Positions 33,140 to 42,855 of a stretch of 64,000 nucleotides of DNA are shown here, piece after piece; the stretch's first letter is position 1, and each line of letters begins with the position of its first letter. The DNA lies in contig CAIXBR010000047.1 in NCBI GenBank assembly GCA_903917735.1, positions 44,670-108,669 of the forward strand. Reading direction: 5' to 3'. The stretch comes from an uncultured Elusimicrobia bacterium. GTDB taxonomy: Bacteria; Elusimicrobiota; Elusimicrobia; Elusimicrobiales; UBA9959. The notes under the pieces were generated by a model. The model saw only the letters and a program-made list of their open reading frames with translations. It was not told the DNA's origin and made no database searches. The position numbers were made by a program, and so were the translations under genes.

Positions 33140-33157
33140 CGCATTGTCAGGCAATAG

Positions 33158-34639
33158 ATGAAACTAACAGGCGCGATAATATCCGTATTTCCCGACGTTT
33201 ACCTTGTGGGCGGAGCCATAAGGGACGCCGTTCTCAAACGTCCCTTCAAAGACATCGACCTGGCCGTGCCGCCTTCCACGGATTTCCGCGCTAAAGCTCT
33301 GTCCCTCGCCCGCAAACTGAACGCGGCCTGCTTCCCGCTGGATGAGGAAAACCAGGTCTACCGCCTTACCGTCCGCAAAGCTCCCGGATTCCAGCTAGAC
33401 CTGATGCCCTTCGTGGGGGGAACCCTGGAGTCCGACCTGAAAAGACGCGATTTCACGATAAACGCCCTCGCCCTTAAACTGGCCCCCGGCATGGATTTCA
33501 GGGCCGACCGCAAAACCGGGGAATTCACCCTGAAGCCCGCCCTTTCCGCCATAATAGACCCCTCCGGCGGGCTGAAAGACCTGGCCTTAAAAAAAATAAA
33601 GCCGGTTTCACCGGATATTTTCAGCCAGGACCCGCTGCGCCTGCTGCGGGCTTTCCGCATAGCTGCCGCTCTTGATTTCACCATTGCCCCGCCGGTCCTT
33701 AAAGCCATAAAGCAGCAGGCCGCGCTTATTACAAAGCCGGCCGGAGAGCGGGTGCGGGAAGAACTGCTGCGGCTCTTCGAAAGCCCGAAGTCGCACGAGT
33801 GGCTGGCCCTTATGCACAAGGCCGGCCTGCTGACCGCCATATTCCCGGACCTGGCCGCGCAGGAGAGCTGCGCGGCAGGTTACTACGGCCGGGGCGGCGT
33901 ACTTAAACACACCCTGCGCGTGGTGGAGCGGATGGACCACCTTTTTGAGAACCTGAAAGCCTACCTGCCCGCGCACAAGAAGATCGCGGAATTCATCCAA
34001 AGCCCGCGGATCTTCAAACTGGCCGCCCTGCTGCACGATATAGCCAAGCCGCCCAAGGCCGCCATGGTGAAAGGCCGGCTGCGGTTCTTCGGCCACGAGG
34101 AATACGGCGCCATCATGGCGGGTAAGGTCATGGAGGACCTCCGCTTCTCCCGCGACGAGATACGCCTGGTGACTAAAATAATAGGCACCCACCTGAGGCC
34201 CGGGAACCTGGCCGCAAACGACGTCATTTCGGACAGGGCTATGTTCCGTTTCTTCAGGACCATGGGGGAATACACCGTGCCGCTACTGATCCTTTCCTGG
34301 GCCGACCACGCCAGCTACGTCTCGGCGGAGCAGTTGAAAAAAATGCGTGCGAAACTGCAGGCCCAGCCGGCCCCGCTAAAGCCCGGCACCCCTTACAATT
34401 CACCGAAAAAAACCCTGCGCTACATGCAGGTACTCAATCTGCTGCTCGGTGTTTACATAAAAAAGAACATGAAGCTGCGCACCGCCAGGCTGGTGGACGG
34501 CAACGACGTGATAAAAACGCTGAAGATACCGGAAAGCCCCCGGATAGGCGAACTACTTGAGAAGATACACCTGCTGCAGTTCGAGGGAAAGATAAAAACC
34601 CGCGAGCAGGCCCTGAAAGCCCTCAAGGGCATGAAATAG
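33158..34639 (+). CDS. CCA-adding enzyme / poly(A) polymerase-family tRNA nucleotidyltransferase with HD domain
   Basis: Class II nucleotidyltransferase head VYLVGGAIRDAVLKRPFKDIDLAV, RRDFTINALA, DPLRLLRAFR. HD domain LLHDIAKP. Confidence 0.8.
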   Translation: MKLTGAIISVFPDVYLVGGAIRDAVLKRPFKDIDLAVPPSTDFRAKALSLARKLNAACFPLDEENQVYRLTVRKAPGFQLDLMPFVGGTLESDLKRRDFTINALALKLAPGMDFRADRKTGEFTLKPALSAIIDPSGGLKDLALKKIKPVSPDIFSQDPLRLLRAFRIAAALDFTIAPPVLKAIKQQAALITKPAGERVREELLRLFESPKSHEWLALMHKAGLLTAIFPDLAAQESCAAGYYGRGGVLKHTLRVVERMDHLFENLKAYLPAHKKIAEFIQSPRIFKLAALLHDIAKPPKAAMVKGRLRFFGHEEYGAIMAGKVMEDLRFSRDEIRLVTKIIGTHLRPGNLAANDVISDRAMFRFFRTMGEYTVPLLILSWADHASYVSAEQLKKMRAKLQAQPAPLKPGTPYNSPKKTLRYMQVLNLLLGVYIKKNMKLRTARLVDGNDVIKTLKIPESPRIGELLEKIHLLQFEGKIKTREQALKALKGMK

Positions 34640-34782
34640 GGAACCACCCGCTTCTCCTGCACGAACTACCCGGAAGACCTACGACAGCGTAGGTCTTTTG
34701 TTTTATTATACAGCTCCATTAGGCCCGTGCCCGGGACCTTCCCAAAAGCTAAGCTATGGTATAAGGATGGAGGGCGGAATTT

Positions 34783-35406
34783 ATGAAGAACATATTTACA
34801 CTTTCAGCAGGGCTCGTACTTCTGGCCGGCATGGGGCTCGCCTTCGGCGCCACTCCCGCAAAGACGGCCGGCGCGGCGGCCCCGGCGGTAACCAAGGAAG
34901 ACGTAAAAGTAAACGAATTTAAGGATATACTCTTTAAACTGGTGCGCCAGGACGAATACCTGGACGAAGCCATAGAGACCCTGGATTCCTCCAACGGCAA
35001 AATGAACCTGCAGGATATTTCGGCTATGAGCGTGAGCCTGAAAACCATAGCCAACAACCTGAAACATGTCTCCGCCCTGAACAAGAGCGAGTTCTCGTCC
35101 ATCCAGCCCGGTTCCCCGCTGGCCACCTATACAAATACCATCCTCAGCTACAGCCGCAAGGTGAACCGCAAGGCGGGGGAAGTGAACACCCTGGTAGCAC
35201 AACTGGCCGTCAAGAACAAGAAAGCCACCATGCGCGATGCCGTCTCTTCCCGCAAGGGCGGAAAGAAGGGCCGGGGGAAAAAGATCTCCCAGATGATAGA
35301 AGAGCAGAAGGCTATGGAAGAACTGGCCGCCCAGGTCAAGGACCTGCGCGGAGCCTCGCGCGGCCTGAACGCCACCAGCAAGTGGCTGTACATAGCTTCG
35401 AAGTAA
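34783..35406 (+). CDS. Hypothetical secreted/periplasmic helical protein
   Basis: Signal peptide MKNIFTLSAGLVLLAGMGLAFGA. Lys-rich helical remainder with no recognisable family. Followed by a good terminator. Confidence 0.6.
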   Translation: MKNIFTLSAGLVLLAGMGLAFGATPAKTAGAAAPAVTKEDVKVNEFKDILFKLVRQDEYLDEAIETLDSSNGKMNLQDISAMSVSLKTIANNLKHVSALNKSEFSSIQPGSPLATYTNTILSYSRKVNRKAGEVNTLVAQLAVKNKKATMRDAVSSRKGGKKGRGKKISQMIEEQKAMEELAAQVKDLRGASRGLNATSKWLYIASK

Positions 35407-35425
35407 GCGGGGGAGAATTTCCTCG

Positions 35426-35459
35426 AAAAAATCCCCTGCTGGAAGCGGGGGATTTTTTT
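35426..35459 (+). terminator. Rho-independent terminator
   Basis: aaaaaaTCCCCtgctggaagcGGGGAttttttt: GC stem plus a 7-T run immediately 3' of the CDS ending at 35406. Confidence 0.6.
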
Positions 35460-35488
35460 GTCATGCTAAAGTTGCTAAAATCATATTT

Positions 35489-36046
35489 ATGAAAGACCCG
35501 ATCGAAGCGGCAGCCCTGCAGATACTTAAAGCTATGGGAGAGGACCCGGCCAGGGAAGGCCTTAAAAAGACGCCGCAGCGCGTGGCGCGGGCGCTCCGCG
35601 AAATAACCTCCGGCTATAACGCCGACATAGACAAAGTTTTCAACGGCGCCTTCTTCAAAGCCGATTACCGGGAAATGGTGATAGTAAAGGACATAGCCTT
35701 CTACTCCCTATGCGAGCACCACATGCTGCCTTTCTTCGGCAAGGCCCACGTAGCCTACATCCCGAACGGCCGCATAGTCGGCCTGTCCAAGATCCCGCGG
35801 CTGGTGGAAACGTTCGCCCGCCGCCTGCAGGTGCAGGAGCGCCTGACCGAGGAGATAGCCGGGACGCTGTACAAAGTGTTGAAGCCGCGCGGGGTGGGGG
35901 TAGTGTTGGAGGCGGAGCACCTCTGCGTCAGCATGCGCGGGGTGAAGAACGAGACCTCTTTCGCCACCACCAGCTCTATGCTGGGCGTCTTCCAACGGGA
36001 CAACCGGGTAAGGGAAGAATTCCTTAATCTTATAAAGAAGCAATAA
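35489..36046 (+). CDS. folE: GTP cyclohydrolase I
   Basis: Hallmark CEHHMLPFFGKAHVAYIPNGRIVGLSKIPRLVETFARRLQVQERLT. Typical 185-aa length. Confidence 0.95.
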   Translation: MKDPIEAAALQILKAMGEDPAREGLKKTPQRVARALREITSGYNADIDKVFNGAFFKADYREMVIVKDIAFYSLCEHHMLPFFGKAHVAYIPNGRIVGLSKIPRLVETFARRLQVQERLTEEIAGTLYKVLKPRGVGVVLEAEHLCVSMRGVKNETSFATTSSMLGVFQRDNRVREEFLNLIKKQ

Positions 36047-36147
36047 TAATATTGAAAAAACACGGCGTTTTAAGTAAAATTAACGGGTATTCTGTTCTTC
36101 TGCTCTTTTTAAATACGCCCCGGCCGTTTAAGCGGGGCGCGACCTAG

Positions 36148-36221
36148 GCGGGTGTAGTTCAATGGTAGAACGAGAGCTTCCCAAGCTTTAGACGTGGGTC
36201 CGATTCCCATCACCCGCTCCA
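36148..36221 (+). tRNA. tRNA-Gly (anticodon CCC), CCA encoded
   Basis: Hand-folded cloverleaf. Acceptor GCGGGTG/CACCCGC, D-arm GTTC-AATGGTA-GAAC, anticodon arm AGAGC-TTCCCAA-GCTTT (anticodon CCC), T-arm GTGGG-TCCGATT-CCCAT, discriminator T, then CCA. Confidence 0.9.
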
Positions 36222-36328
36222 AGTTTTCATGCAGTCTTTGTGTTTTCGTATAGTCTTTGTATTCTCGGTGATGGGAATGTTCCTTATGGGGAAGCTCGCT
36301 GACGCTCGCACGTCACCCGCTCCAAGTT
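36203..36328. repeat. tRNA-Gly fragment repeats downstream of the gene (direct 16-mer plus inverted T-arm and anticodon-arm pieces)
   Basis: TCACCCGCTCCAAGTT occurs at 36210-36225 (tRNA 3' end) and again at 36313-36328. GGTGATGGGAAT (36267-36278) is the reverse complement of tRNA 36203-36214. GGGAAGCTC (36289-36297) is the reverse complement of tRNA 36174-36182. Confidence 0.5.
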
Positions 36329-36434
36329 CGGCGAGATCTTCGGCAGTTGGTTAAATCCAGGGAGGGAAGTACAACCTTCAGCGGCCTGAAACTGATCGCC
36401 AGTTACTAAACACTTCCCTTTCACTTTCCCAATT

Positions 36435-36953
36435 ATGACAAAATCAAAAACTTTCTGGGCGGCCCTGGCAGGGATCTGCCTGGCCCTCATGGTCTTCGCC
36501 GGCTATTCCGTTTACGAGCGGATCTCGCTTCACTTCTCCGGTGATACCATCGAAGTGCACCCGGTGCCGGTTCCGCAGGAAGAGGAGCCCGCAGCCGTGG
36601 AGAAGCCGGCCAGGCAAGCCGCGACTAAAGCCCCAGAGATCAAGGCCGCGACTAAAGCCCCGGAGGCCAAGGCCGCGGCCCAGCCCGCTGCCCAGGTGGC
36701 CGGCGCGGAAAAATCCCACGCGGTCAAAACCGCTTTCGAGTACAAAGACGCCAAAGCTAAATCCGTGCAGATAGCCGGCAGCTTCACCTCCTGGAAGAAC
36801 ATCAGGATGACAAAAAAGAACGGCGTCTGGAAGGCCGACATCTTCATCCTGCCGGGAACCTACCCTTACCATTTCACAGTGGACGGCAAGAAAAAGCTGG
36901 ACCCGGGCAAACCCAAGGCCCCTACCGGGGATTCGCTGGTGGATGTAAATTAG
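36435..36953 (+). CDS. Membrane-anchored protein with Ala/Lys/Pro-rich spacer and C-terminal CBM48/AMPK-beta-like (E-set, glycogen-binding-type) domain
   Basis: N-terminal TM FWAALAGICLALMVFAGYSVY. Tandem ATKAPEIKAATKAPEAKAA. C-terminus VKTAFEYKDAKAKSVQIAGSFTSWKNIRMTKKNGVWKADIFILPGTYPYHFTVDGKKKLDP. Confidence 0.7.
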   Translation: MTKSKTFWAALAGICLALMVFAGYSVYERISLHFSGDTIEVHPVPVPQEEEPAAVEKPARQAATKAPEIKAATKAPEAKAAAQPAAQVAGAEKSHAVKTAFEYKDAKAKSVQIAGSFTSWKNIRMTKKNGVWKADIFILPGTYPYHFTVDGKKKLDPGKPKAPTGDSLVDVN

Positions 36954-37016
36954 CCGGAGTTAAACTTTCGTTAACAATCCTGTAACAGGTTTTTTGTAGA
37001 CTATTTCCGGGCGCTT

Positions 37017-40000
37017 ATGAATTTTAGAAAAGTTCTTCCCTTAGTCATCCTCGTGCTGGCTTGCTTTTTGCCGGACGCCGGCGCCGTTGCATTGACCCCG
37101 CGGCACAGCCACACCACCACGCTGCTGCCCGACGGCAACATCCTTATCACCGGCGGCGTGACGGACGCCGCCAACACCACCACGCCCAGCGTGCAGATGT
37201 ACAACATGGCCACCAACGATTTCGAGGACTGGACTGTCGACGCGACCATGTCCAGGTCTTCGCACACGGCCACGCTGATGTCCGACGGCAGGATCTTAAT
37301 AGCCGGCGGCTTCGGCACCGTAACCGGCGTTCCCGGGACGCCCTTGAATTCGCTTGAGATATGCGATCCTACGACTAAGAGTTGCTCGGCGTTACCCATA
37401 GTTATGTCTTCCGCCAGGGGGGGGCATACCGCCACCCTGCTTACAAAAGGCCTCCACGCCGGACAGGTACTGCTCTGCGGCGGCCAGTCCGGCGCCTCGG
37501 AAACCGCCATTACCGGCAGTTGCGATATTTTCAAATCGTCCGCTACTTCTACGATCTCCCCGACCGGGAATATGGTCAGCCCGCGCATGGGCCATGCCAC
37601 CGTAATGCTGAAATCCGGGTTCGCCTTTGCCACCGGCGGCAGGAACTGGTCCGGCACGGCCTGGATCTATGAGTCGCAGAACGAACTATACGACCCGCAG
37701 GCCAATGCCGGCGCCGGAGCCTGGACCCCTGTTTCCGCCCTGCTGCAGGGCAGGATAAACCACTCCGCCACGGTCCTGAACAACGGCACCGTATTTATAG
37801 CCGGCGGCTTCAACAGCGTCCCCACTTATCACTGCGTTAACAACGTCGGCGAGGAATGCTGGACCCAGGACGATTACAAATACTGGGGCTACGCCCGCGA
37901 TAACCAGGACATGGGCAGCCACGGCTTCCTGGACGGCGCCGAATATTTCGACCAGAACAGCGGGCGCTCGATCACGGCGGAATCGACCTACGGCGTTATG
38001 CCCTACAGGGTGGACAAGCATTCCGCTGTGCTGCAACCGGACGGCGACTGGCTCATGCACGGCGGCTACGGGAACATAGTGCGCACCATGTTCAGCTCTT
38101 CGCTTAACCTGGATAAAGATACTGTTTTTATGCTTAGCAAGACAGGCCCTAATACCGCCAACCTGATCCCCGCCACCAGCGTAGTAAAATTTCCGATGAC
38201 CTTCAGCCTTTCAAGGCCTGTTTCCGGCCGGCTGGTGGATGCCGACGCTTTTTTTTCAACGCCGCTGGACCCGACTTCCACTCCTGCGGTAGCCGTTGAG
38301 AACGTGAAGATATATATGCACGCCAGCACGGCCCCGCTGGATGGCTTCGCGGTGGGCACTCTTCTGGGCCAGAACTACGCCCCCGGCGCTTTTGACGGCA
38401 TCACGCAGCTGCAAAACCCCTCCGGCACCGCCATGTTTACCATGGCGTCCCTGAACTCCGACTCCAGCACCCACCCTGAACTTACGGTAAGCGGGTCAAC
38501 ACTCGCCTTCGCCACCATGTTTCCGCTGGCCGTTGCCGAAGGCGTAACCGGAGACATACAGGCCAAGCTGGCCCTGACCCTGCCTAAAATTTACGTCGGT
38601 ATTAAAGGAACGGCTACCATAGGGAGCGGCACGATAAAAGACCCCGCCGGGATATACGGGATCGCCATACAATCCGGCGGAAGCGCCGCGATCGATGTGA
38701 CCAATCCGCTCTCCTGCGACAGCAGTAACTGTCTGTTCGAAACTATTTCAAGCTTCTCCATTACCGGGCAATTATCCAACCTCAGCCCGGGCACCACTAT
38801 TTATAACACGCAGACCAATCTCGCCAACGGCGGTCAGATAACCGTCACCCTTACCCTGAACTACACCGCGGACGAAATACACACCGGCGCCGCTAAACCT
38901 GCTTTCGTCTACGGTCTTTCCGACATCGTGATAAGGGAAATGATATTCTCCAGCGCGCTCGGCTTCACCCCCAAGACAAACTCCTGGAAGGACCTCACTA
39001 ATATAGATGTCTCTCCCACGCTTACAGCGCCGGTATTCGACCATACCGCCCTTCTCACCCCGGCGGCCGACATCCTTATACTGGGGGGGAGGAACTGCGA
39101 AGACAACATCCCCGGCGACTGTCTGCACGGCAACAAAATATTTACAGCCCAAAGTTTCGGAGCCGCAACCATTTTTATCCCCGTTTATAAGAATTCCTCC
39201 GGCGCCACCACGTGGGACACGGGCGGGACGCTTAATTCGAAACGCGCCTTCCACACCAGCACCATGCTGCAGACCGGCGAGATACTTACCTGCGGCGGTT
39301 CCGACGGAGCCAAGCCGCTCGACACCTGCGAACTGATGGACCCGGTAACAAAGGCCTGGACTTACACCGGCTCCATGAATTTCCCCCGGACAAGACATAC
39401 GGCCACCCTGCTGCCGAACGGCAACGTGCTGGTGACCGGCGGCGCCACGCCGTCAAGCGCGGCGGTGACCACCGCTGAAATTTACTACCCAGCCTCGCAT
39501 AGCTGGGTTCTGACCACCCCCATGTTCCAGCCCAGGCAGAACCATACCGCCACGCTGCTGTCCGACGGCAACGTGCTGGTAGCCGGCGGCGACACCACCA
39601 GCAGCTATTCAGCTGATTCCGAAATATTTATTTCTTCCACCTCCTACTGGCAGGTCACCGGCTCCATGGCCACTCCCAGGGCCCAGCATACGGCCACCCT
39701 GCTGAAAAACGGCAACGTGCTTATGGCCGGCGGCATCAATGCCGGAACTGCTGTAGCTAATTCTGAAGTTTTCGATTCCACCACGCGGCTTTTTGTAGCC
39801 GGAGTTACGCCGATGAGAACCGGCCGCTACGGCCACACGGCCACGCTGCTGAGGGACGGACGGGTACTGCTTATAGGCGGCTCCGACACCACCATAAGCC
39901 AGCTCACCACGGAAATTTACAACGGCGCGGCCTGGGCCGATTCCGCGCTGCTTACCTATAACCGCACCAACCACAGGAGCCTTCTGCTCCCAAACGGCAA

Positions 40001-42854
40001 GATCATGATAACCGGCGGAGAGACAGCCGGCGTGTCCCAGAGCAGAGCGGAGGGCTTCGACCCCGACTTCTCTGTATTGACCGACCAGGGCCAGGGAGCG
40101 AGCAGGGCCAACCACACTTCCGTGATTACTAAGGACAACTATATCCTCAACATAGGCGGCTGGGACGGGGCAAAGTGCCTGGCCACCACCGACATCGCGT
40201 ATTTCGGCGCCTCCCCGGACATAGACGGCCTGACTCCCGAGATAGTGCGCCAGCCGGTCATATCAACCGGCACCGACTTGTTCAACTGGGGCGACTCTGT
40301 AACCCTGCAGAGCGGGACCACCAACTTCTACGGCATAACCGAGGCCTCCGGCGGCGGCGCCGGCCCGATGAACTCTTCCCAGAGTAACCCCAGGGTGTAT
40401 ATGCAGCAGATAGACAACCCCAGCGGGTTCATGATAGACCTTTCCACCAGGATCTATTCAATATACGCCTCCGCCAATCCCAACCCGAACTGGGAAAAGA
40501 CCCTTTCTTCCATAACCGTGATCACCCCGTCCATCGCCGGGGATATGCCTCACGGCTGGTACAACATGCGCGTGGCGTCCAACGGACTGTTCTCCGAAGG
40601 CCACACCGTGCAGGTGACCGTGCCGCGCCCCACGGGGATCATCACTGCGCCGTCCGGCAGCGTGCTGGGAACCACCGCCATTTCCTGGTCCTGGGATAAA
40701 GGAACCAGCACCGACGCCGACGGCTATATGCTGTACTCGGCCACCAACAGCGTATTTATAACGACCACAGCCTTTGACACCACCAGTAACACCGTATACT
40801 ATACGCAGTCAAAGCTGTCGCCCAATACCCAGGCCTCGGTAATGGTGTCCGCCTATAACCTGGGGGGAAGCGGGCCTCTTTCAAGGTCTTCCACTTACTA
40901 CACCCTGGCTGCCACGCCGGGCCTCATGGCCATAACCGCCGCCAGTTTCGAGTCCGTCTCCCTACAATGGGACCCCAGCGGCAATACCCCGGGCACGCCG
41001 TATGAATTATCCATGTGCGTCAGCCCCAACACCGTCCCATGTACCTTCAGCGACCCGCTCTCTATTTCCACCCCGGTGCCTTACAGCGTGAATTACACCA
41101 GCACCTACACGGTAATAAGCCAGCTCTCCGACAACCAACTCTATTCTTTCCGCGTATCGGCGCGCAACGGGGCCGGCATTGTCACGGACTTCAACAGCAC
41201 TCCTGTATCCACCATGACGGTGGGGGCCATCAACGATCTGACCGGCACCGCCGTAAGCAGTTCAGCCATAAGCTGGTCCTGGGACGAGGCCACCGGTTCC
41301 GGGGTCTTCTACGAAATTTACGATATCACCGCCGGCACGGCCAGCGCCGTCAGGCTGAGCTCCACGAGCTACAACTACTATACCCAGACCGGCCTGCCCG
41401 CTAATTCCACTCACAAGGTGGCGGTAAACGCCGCCAAAACCAATACCAACCTTGGCGTCGTCAGGGGGCCTTACTCCTTCTCATCGCTGATCTACACCCT
41501 GACCGTACAGCCGCTGCCCGGCACGCCGAACGTCTTCACGAACGTAAGCACCGGCAGCTTTACGGTCAACTGGATAACGAACGGCAACCCTGCCGGGACC
41601 CCTTACGGGATAATGCTTTCCTCCGGCGCCGATTTCGTGGCGTATTCATCCTTCTCCACCACGGGGGCTTCGCTCGACGTAAACTCGCTCGCCCCTAACG
41701 TGCGCTACTACCTGAGGCTGTACGCGGTAAACGGGGTAGGGATAGCCGGCACCATGGTGGACCTGGGCTCGAAATATACGCTGGCGCGCGCGCCGCTGTC
41801 TGTGGTCCCGCTGAGCACTACCATGTCCGGGACGATGCTGGGCTGGGACACGGCCGATAATTCCACCGCCACTATTTACGAGGTCCGGGGCACTACGGAG
41901 AACTTCAATCTCTCGGTAAACACCTATGTGCCCTTCGCAAGCCTCTACAATCTTAACTACTATTCCCTTTCAGGACTGCTGACGGGGACCACGTATTATT
42001 TCGACGTGGCCGCCCGCAACGGCGAAGGTCACGTTACGGCGCGCATACAAGCCGTGCCCGCCGCTTTTACCCTAGCGGGCCCCGACGGCGCCCCGTCGGC
42101 CTCCATCGGCGGCACCAGCGACCCTTCCAAGGCCACAACTATCTCCGGCACCCTGCCCAACGGCAGGAAGGTAAAGCTTTACATTCCCGCGGGGGCATTC
42201 TCTTCCCAGGTAGCCATAGCCATCTCCTCTTCGGCCGTCCACCACTGCGCCTACCTTCCGTCAAAAGTCTCGCCCCTAGAGGTCGCGATCTTCTCCGAGT
42301 CCGAGGTGCAACCGCAGATGCCGCTCACCCTGACCATGGATTTCGAACAGGGGGGCACGTCCCTGGGCGATATAGGCGATATAACGACCAATCAGACCCG
42401 GATGGTCATGGGCAGGTACAACCCCGACACCACCGACTGCCTGCCGCTGGAGACCACAATTAAAACCAACGACACCGCCAACACGGACATAGGCGCCAGG
42501 ACGGTTACCGCCACCCTTAACCATTTCGCGGTACCCGGCCACAATTACGCCATTTTTCAGCTGATGGTGAAGGACCCCTCCTCAGGCCTGGCCGACGTAG
42601 CTGTGTACCCCAACCCCTTCTATCCCCGCCGCGGCGACGGGTTTGTCACCATCAACAACATGCCGGCCAGCACCAGCGTGCGCATCTACACGCTTACCGG
42701 AGAAAAAATATGGGAAGGGACCGCGGGCACCACCGGAATACTCATCTGGAAAGGCGTCAATAAATCCGGCTATCTTGTAGCCAGTGGCATTTATCTGGCG
42801 GTCATAGATTCCAGCGCGGGCAAGAAAGTATTGAAACTTGCCGTGGAAAGATAA
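37017..42854 (+). CDS. Large secreted protein (1,945 aa): two Kelch-type beta-propellers, ~5 FN3 domains, pre-CTD domain, T9SS-type CTD
   Basis: Signal peptide. Kelch blades R.(S/G/N)HTATLL.(D/N)G.(I/V)L(I/V)(A/T)GG occur at least 11 times (e.g. RTRHTATLLPNGNVLVTGG, RQNHTATLLSDGNVLVAGG). FN3-like units (AISWSWDKGTSTDADGYMLY..., SVSLQWDPSGNTPGTPYEL...YSFRVSARNGAG). CTD VAVYPNPFYPRRGDGFVTINNMPASTSVRIYTLTGEKIW...ILIWKGVNKSGYLVASGIYLAVI...KVLKLAVER (42588-42851). Confidence 0.85.
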   Translation: MNFRKVLPLVILVLACFLPDAGAVALTPRHSHTTTLLPDGNILITGGVTDAANTTTPSVQMYNMATNDFEDWTVDATMSRSSHTATLMSDGRILIAGGFGTVTGVPGTPLNSLEICDPTTKSCSALPIVMSSARGGHTATLLTKGLHAGQVLLCGGQSGASETAITGSCDIFKSSATSTISPTGNMVSPRMGHATVMLKSGFAFATGGRNWSGTAWIYESQNELYDPQANAGAGAWTPVSALLQGRINHSATVLNNGTVFIAGGFNSVPTYHCVNNVGEECWTQDDYKYWGYARDNQDMGSHGFLDGAEYFDQNSGRSITAESTYGVMPYRVDKHSAVLQPDGDWLMHGGYGNIVRTMFSSSLNLDKDTVFMLSKTGPNTANLIPATSVVKFPMTFSLSRPVSGRLVDADAFFSTPLDPTSTPAVAVENVKIYMHASTAPLDGFAVGTLLGQNYAPGAFDGITQLQNPSGTAMFTMASLNSDSSTHPELTVSGSTLAFATMFPLAVAEGVTGDIQAKLALTLPKIYVGIKGTATIGSGTIKDPAGIYGIAIQSGGSAAIDVTNPLSCDSSNCLFETISSFSITGQLSNLSPGTTIYNTQTNLANGGQITVTLTLNYTADEIHTGAAKPAFVYGLSDIVIREMIFSSALGFTPKTNSWKDLTNIDVSPTLTAPVFDHTALLTPAADILILGGRNCEDNIPGDCLHGNKIFTAQSFGAATIFIPVYKNSSGATTWDTGGTLNSKRAFHTSTMLQTGEILTCGGSDGAKPLDTCELMDPVTKAWTYTGSMNFPRTRHTATLLPNGNVLVTGGATPSSAAVTTAEIYYPASHSWVLTTPMFQPRQNHTATLLSDGNVLVAGGDTTSSYSADSEIFISSTSYWQVTGSMATPRAQHTATLLKNGNVLMAGGINAGTAVANSEVFDSTTRLFVAGVTPMRTGRYGHTATLLRDGRVLLIGGSDTTISQLTTEIYNGAAWADSALLTYNRTNHRSLLLPNGKIMITGGETAGVSQSRAEGFDPDFSVLTDQGQGASRANHTSVITKDNYILNIGGWDGAKCLATTDIAYFGASPDIDGLTPEIVRQPVISTGTDLFNWGDSVTLQSGTTNFYGITEASGGGAGPMNSSQSNPRVYMQQIDNPSGFMIDLSTRIYSIYASANPNPNWEKTLSSITVITPSIAGDMPHGWYNMRVASNGLFSEGHTVQVTVPRPTGIITAPSGSVLGTTAISWSWDKGTSTDADGYMLYSATNSVFITTTAFDTTSNTVYYTQSKLSPNTQASVMVSAYNLGGSGPLSRSSTYYTLAATPGLMAITAASFESVSLQWDPSGNTPGTPYELSMCVSPNTVPCTFSDPLSISTPVPYSVNYTSTYTVISQLSDNQLYSFRVSARNGAGIVTDFNSTPVSTMTVGAINDLTGTAVSSSAISWSWDEATGSGVFYEIYDITAGTASAVRLSSTSYNYYTQTGLPANSTHKVAVNAAKTNTNLGVVRGPYSFSSLIYTLTVQPLPGTPNVFTNVSTGSFTVNWITNGNPAGTPYGIMLSSGADFVAYSSFSTTGASLDVNSLAPNVRYYLRLYAVNGVGIAGTMVDLGSKYTLARAPLSVVPLSTTMSGTMLGWDTADNSTATIYEVRGTTENFNLSVNTYVPFASLYNLNYYSLSGLLTGTTYYFDVAARNGEGHVTARIQAVPAAFTLAGPDGAPSASIGGTSDPSKATTISGTLPNGRKVKLYIPAGAFSSQVAIAISSSAVHHCAYLPSKVSPLEVAIFSESEVQPQMPLTLTMDFEQGGTSLGDIGDITTNQTRMVMGRYNPDTTDCLPLETTIKTNDTANTDIGARTVTATLNHFAVPGHNYAIFQLMVKDPSSGLADVAVYPNPFYPRRGDGFVTINNMPASTSVRIYTLTGEKIWEGTAGTTGILIWKGVNKSGYLVASGIYLAVIDSSAGKKVLKLAVER

Positions 42855-42855
42855 T

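Noticed and set aside
31505-33154. 549-aa minus-strand ORF
   Set aside because: It is antisense to the acyl-CoA ligase, which has a perfect AMP-binding signature.
42630-42638. RGD tripeptide in the Kelch protein CTD (PRRGDGF)
   Set aside because: A three-residue motif is expected by chance in ~10,000 aa of secreted proteins. It also lies in the sorting domain, which in canonical T9SS is removed. There is no support for integrin-type function.
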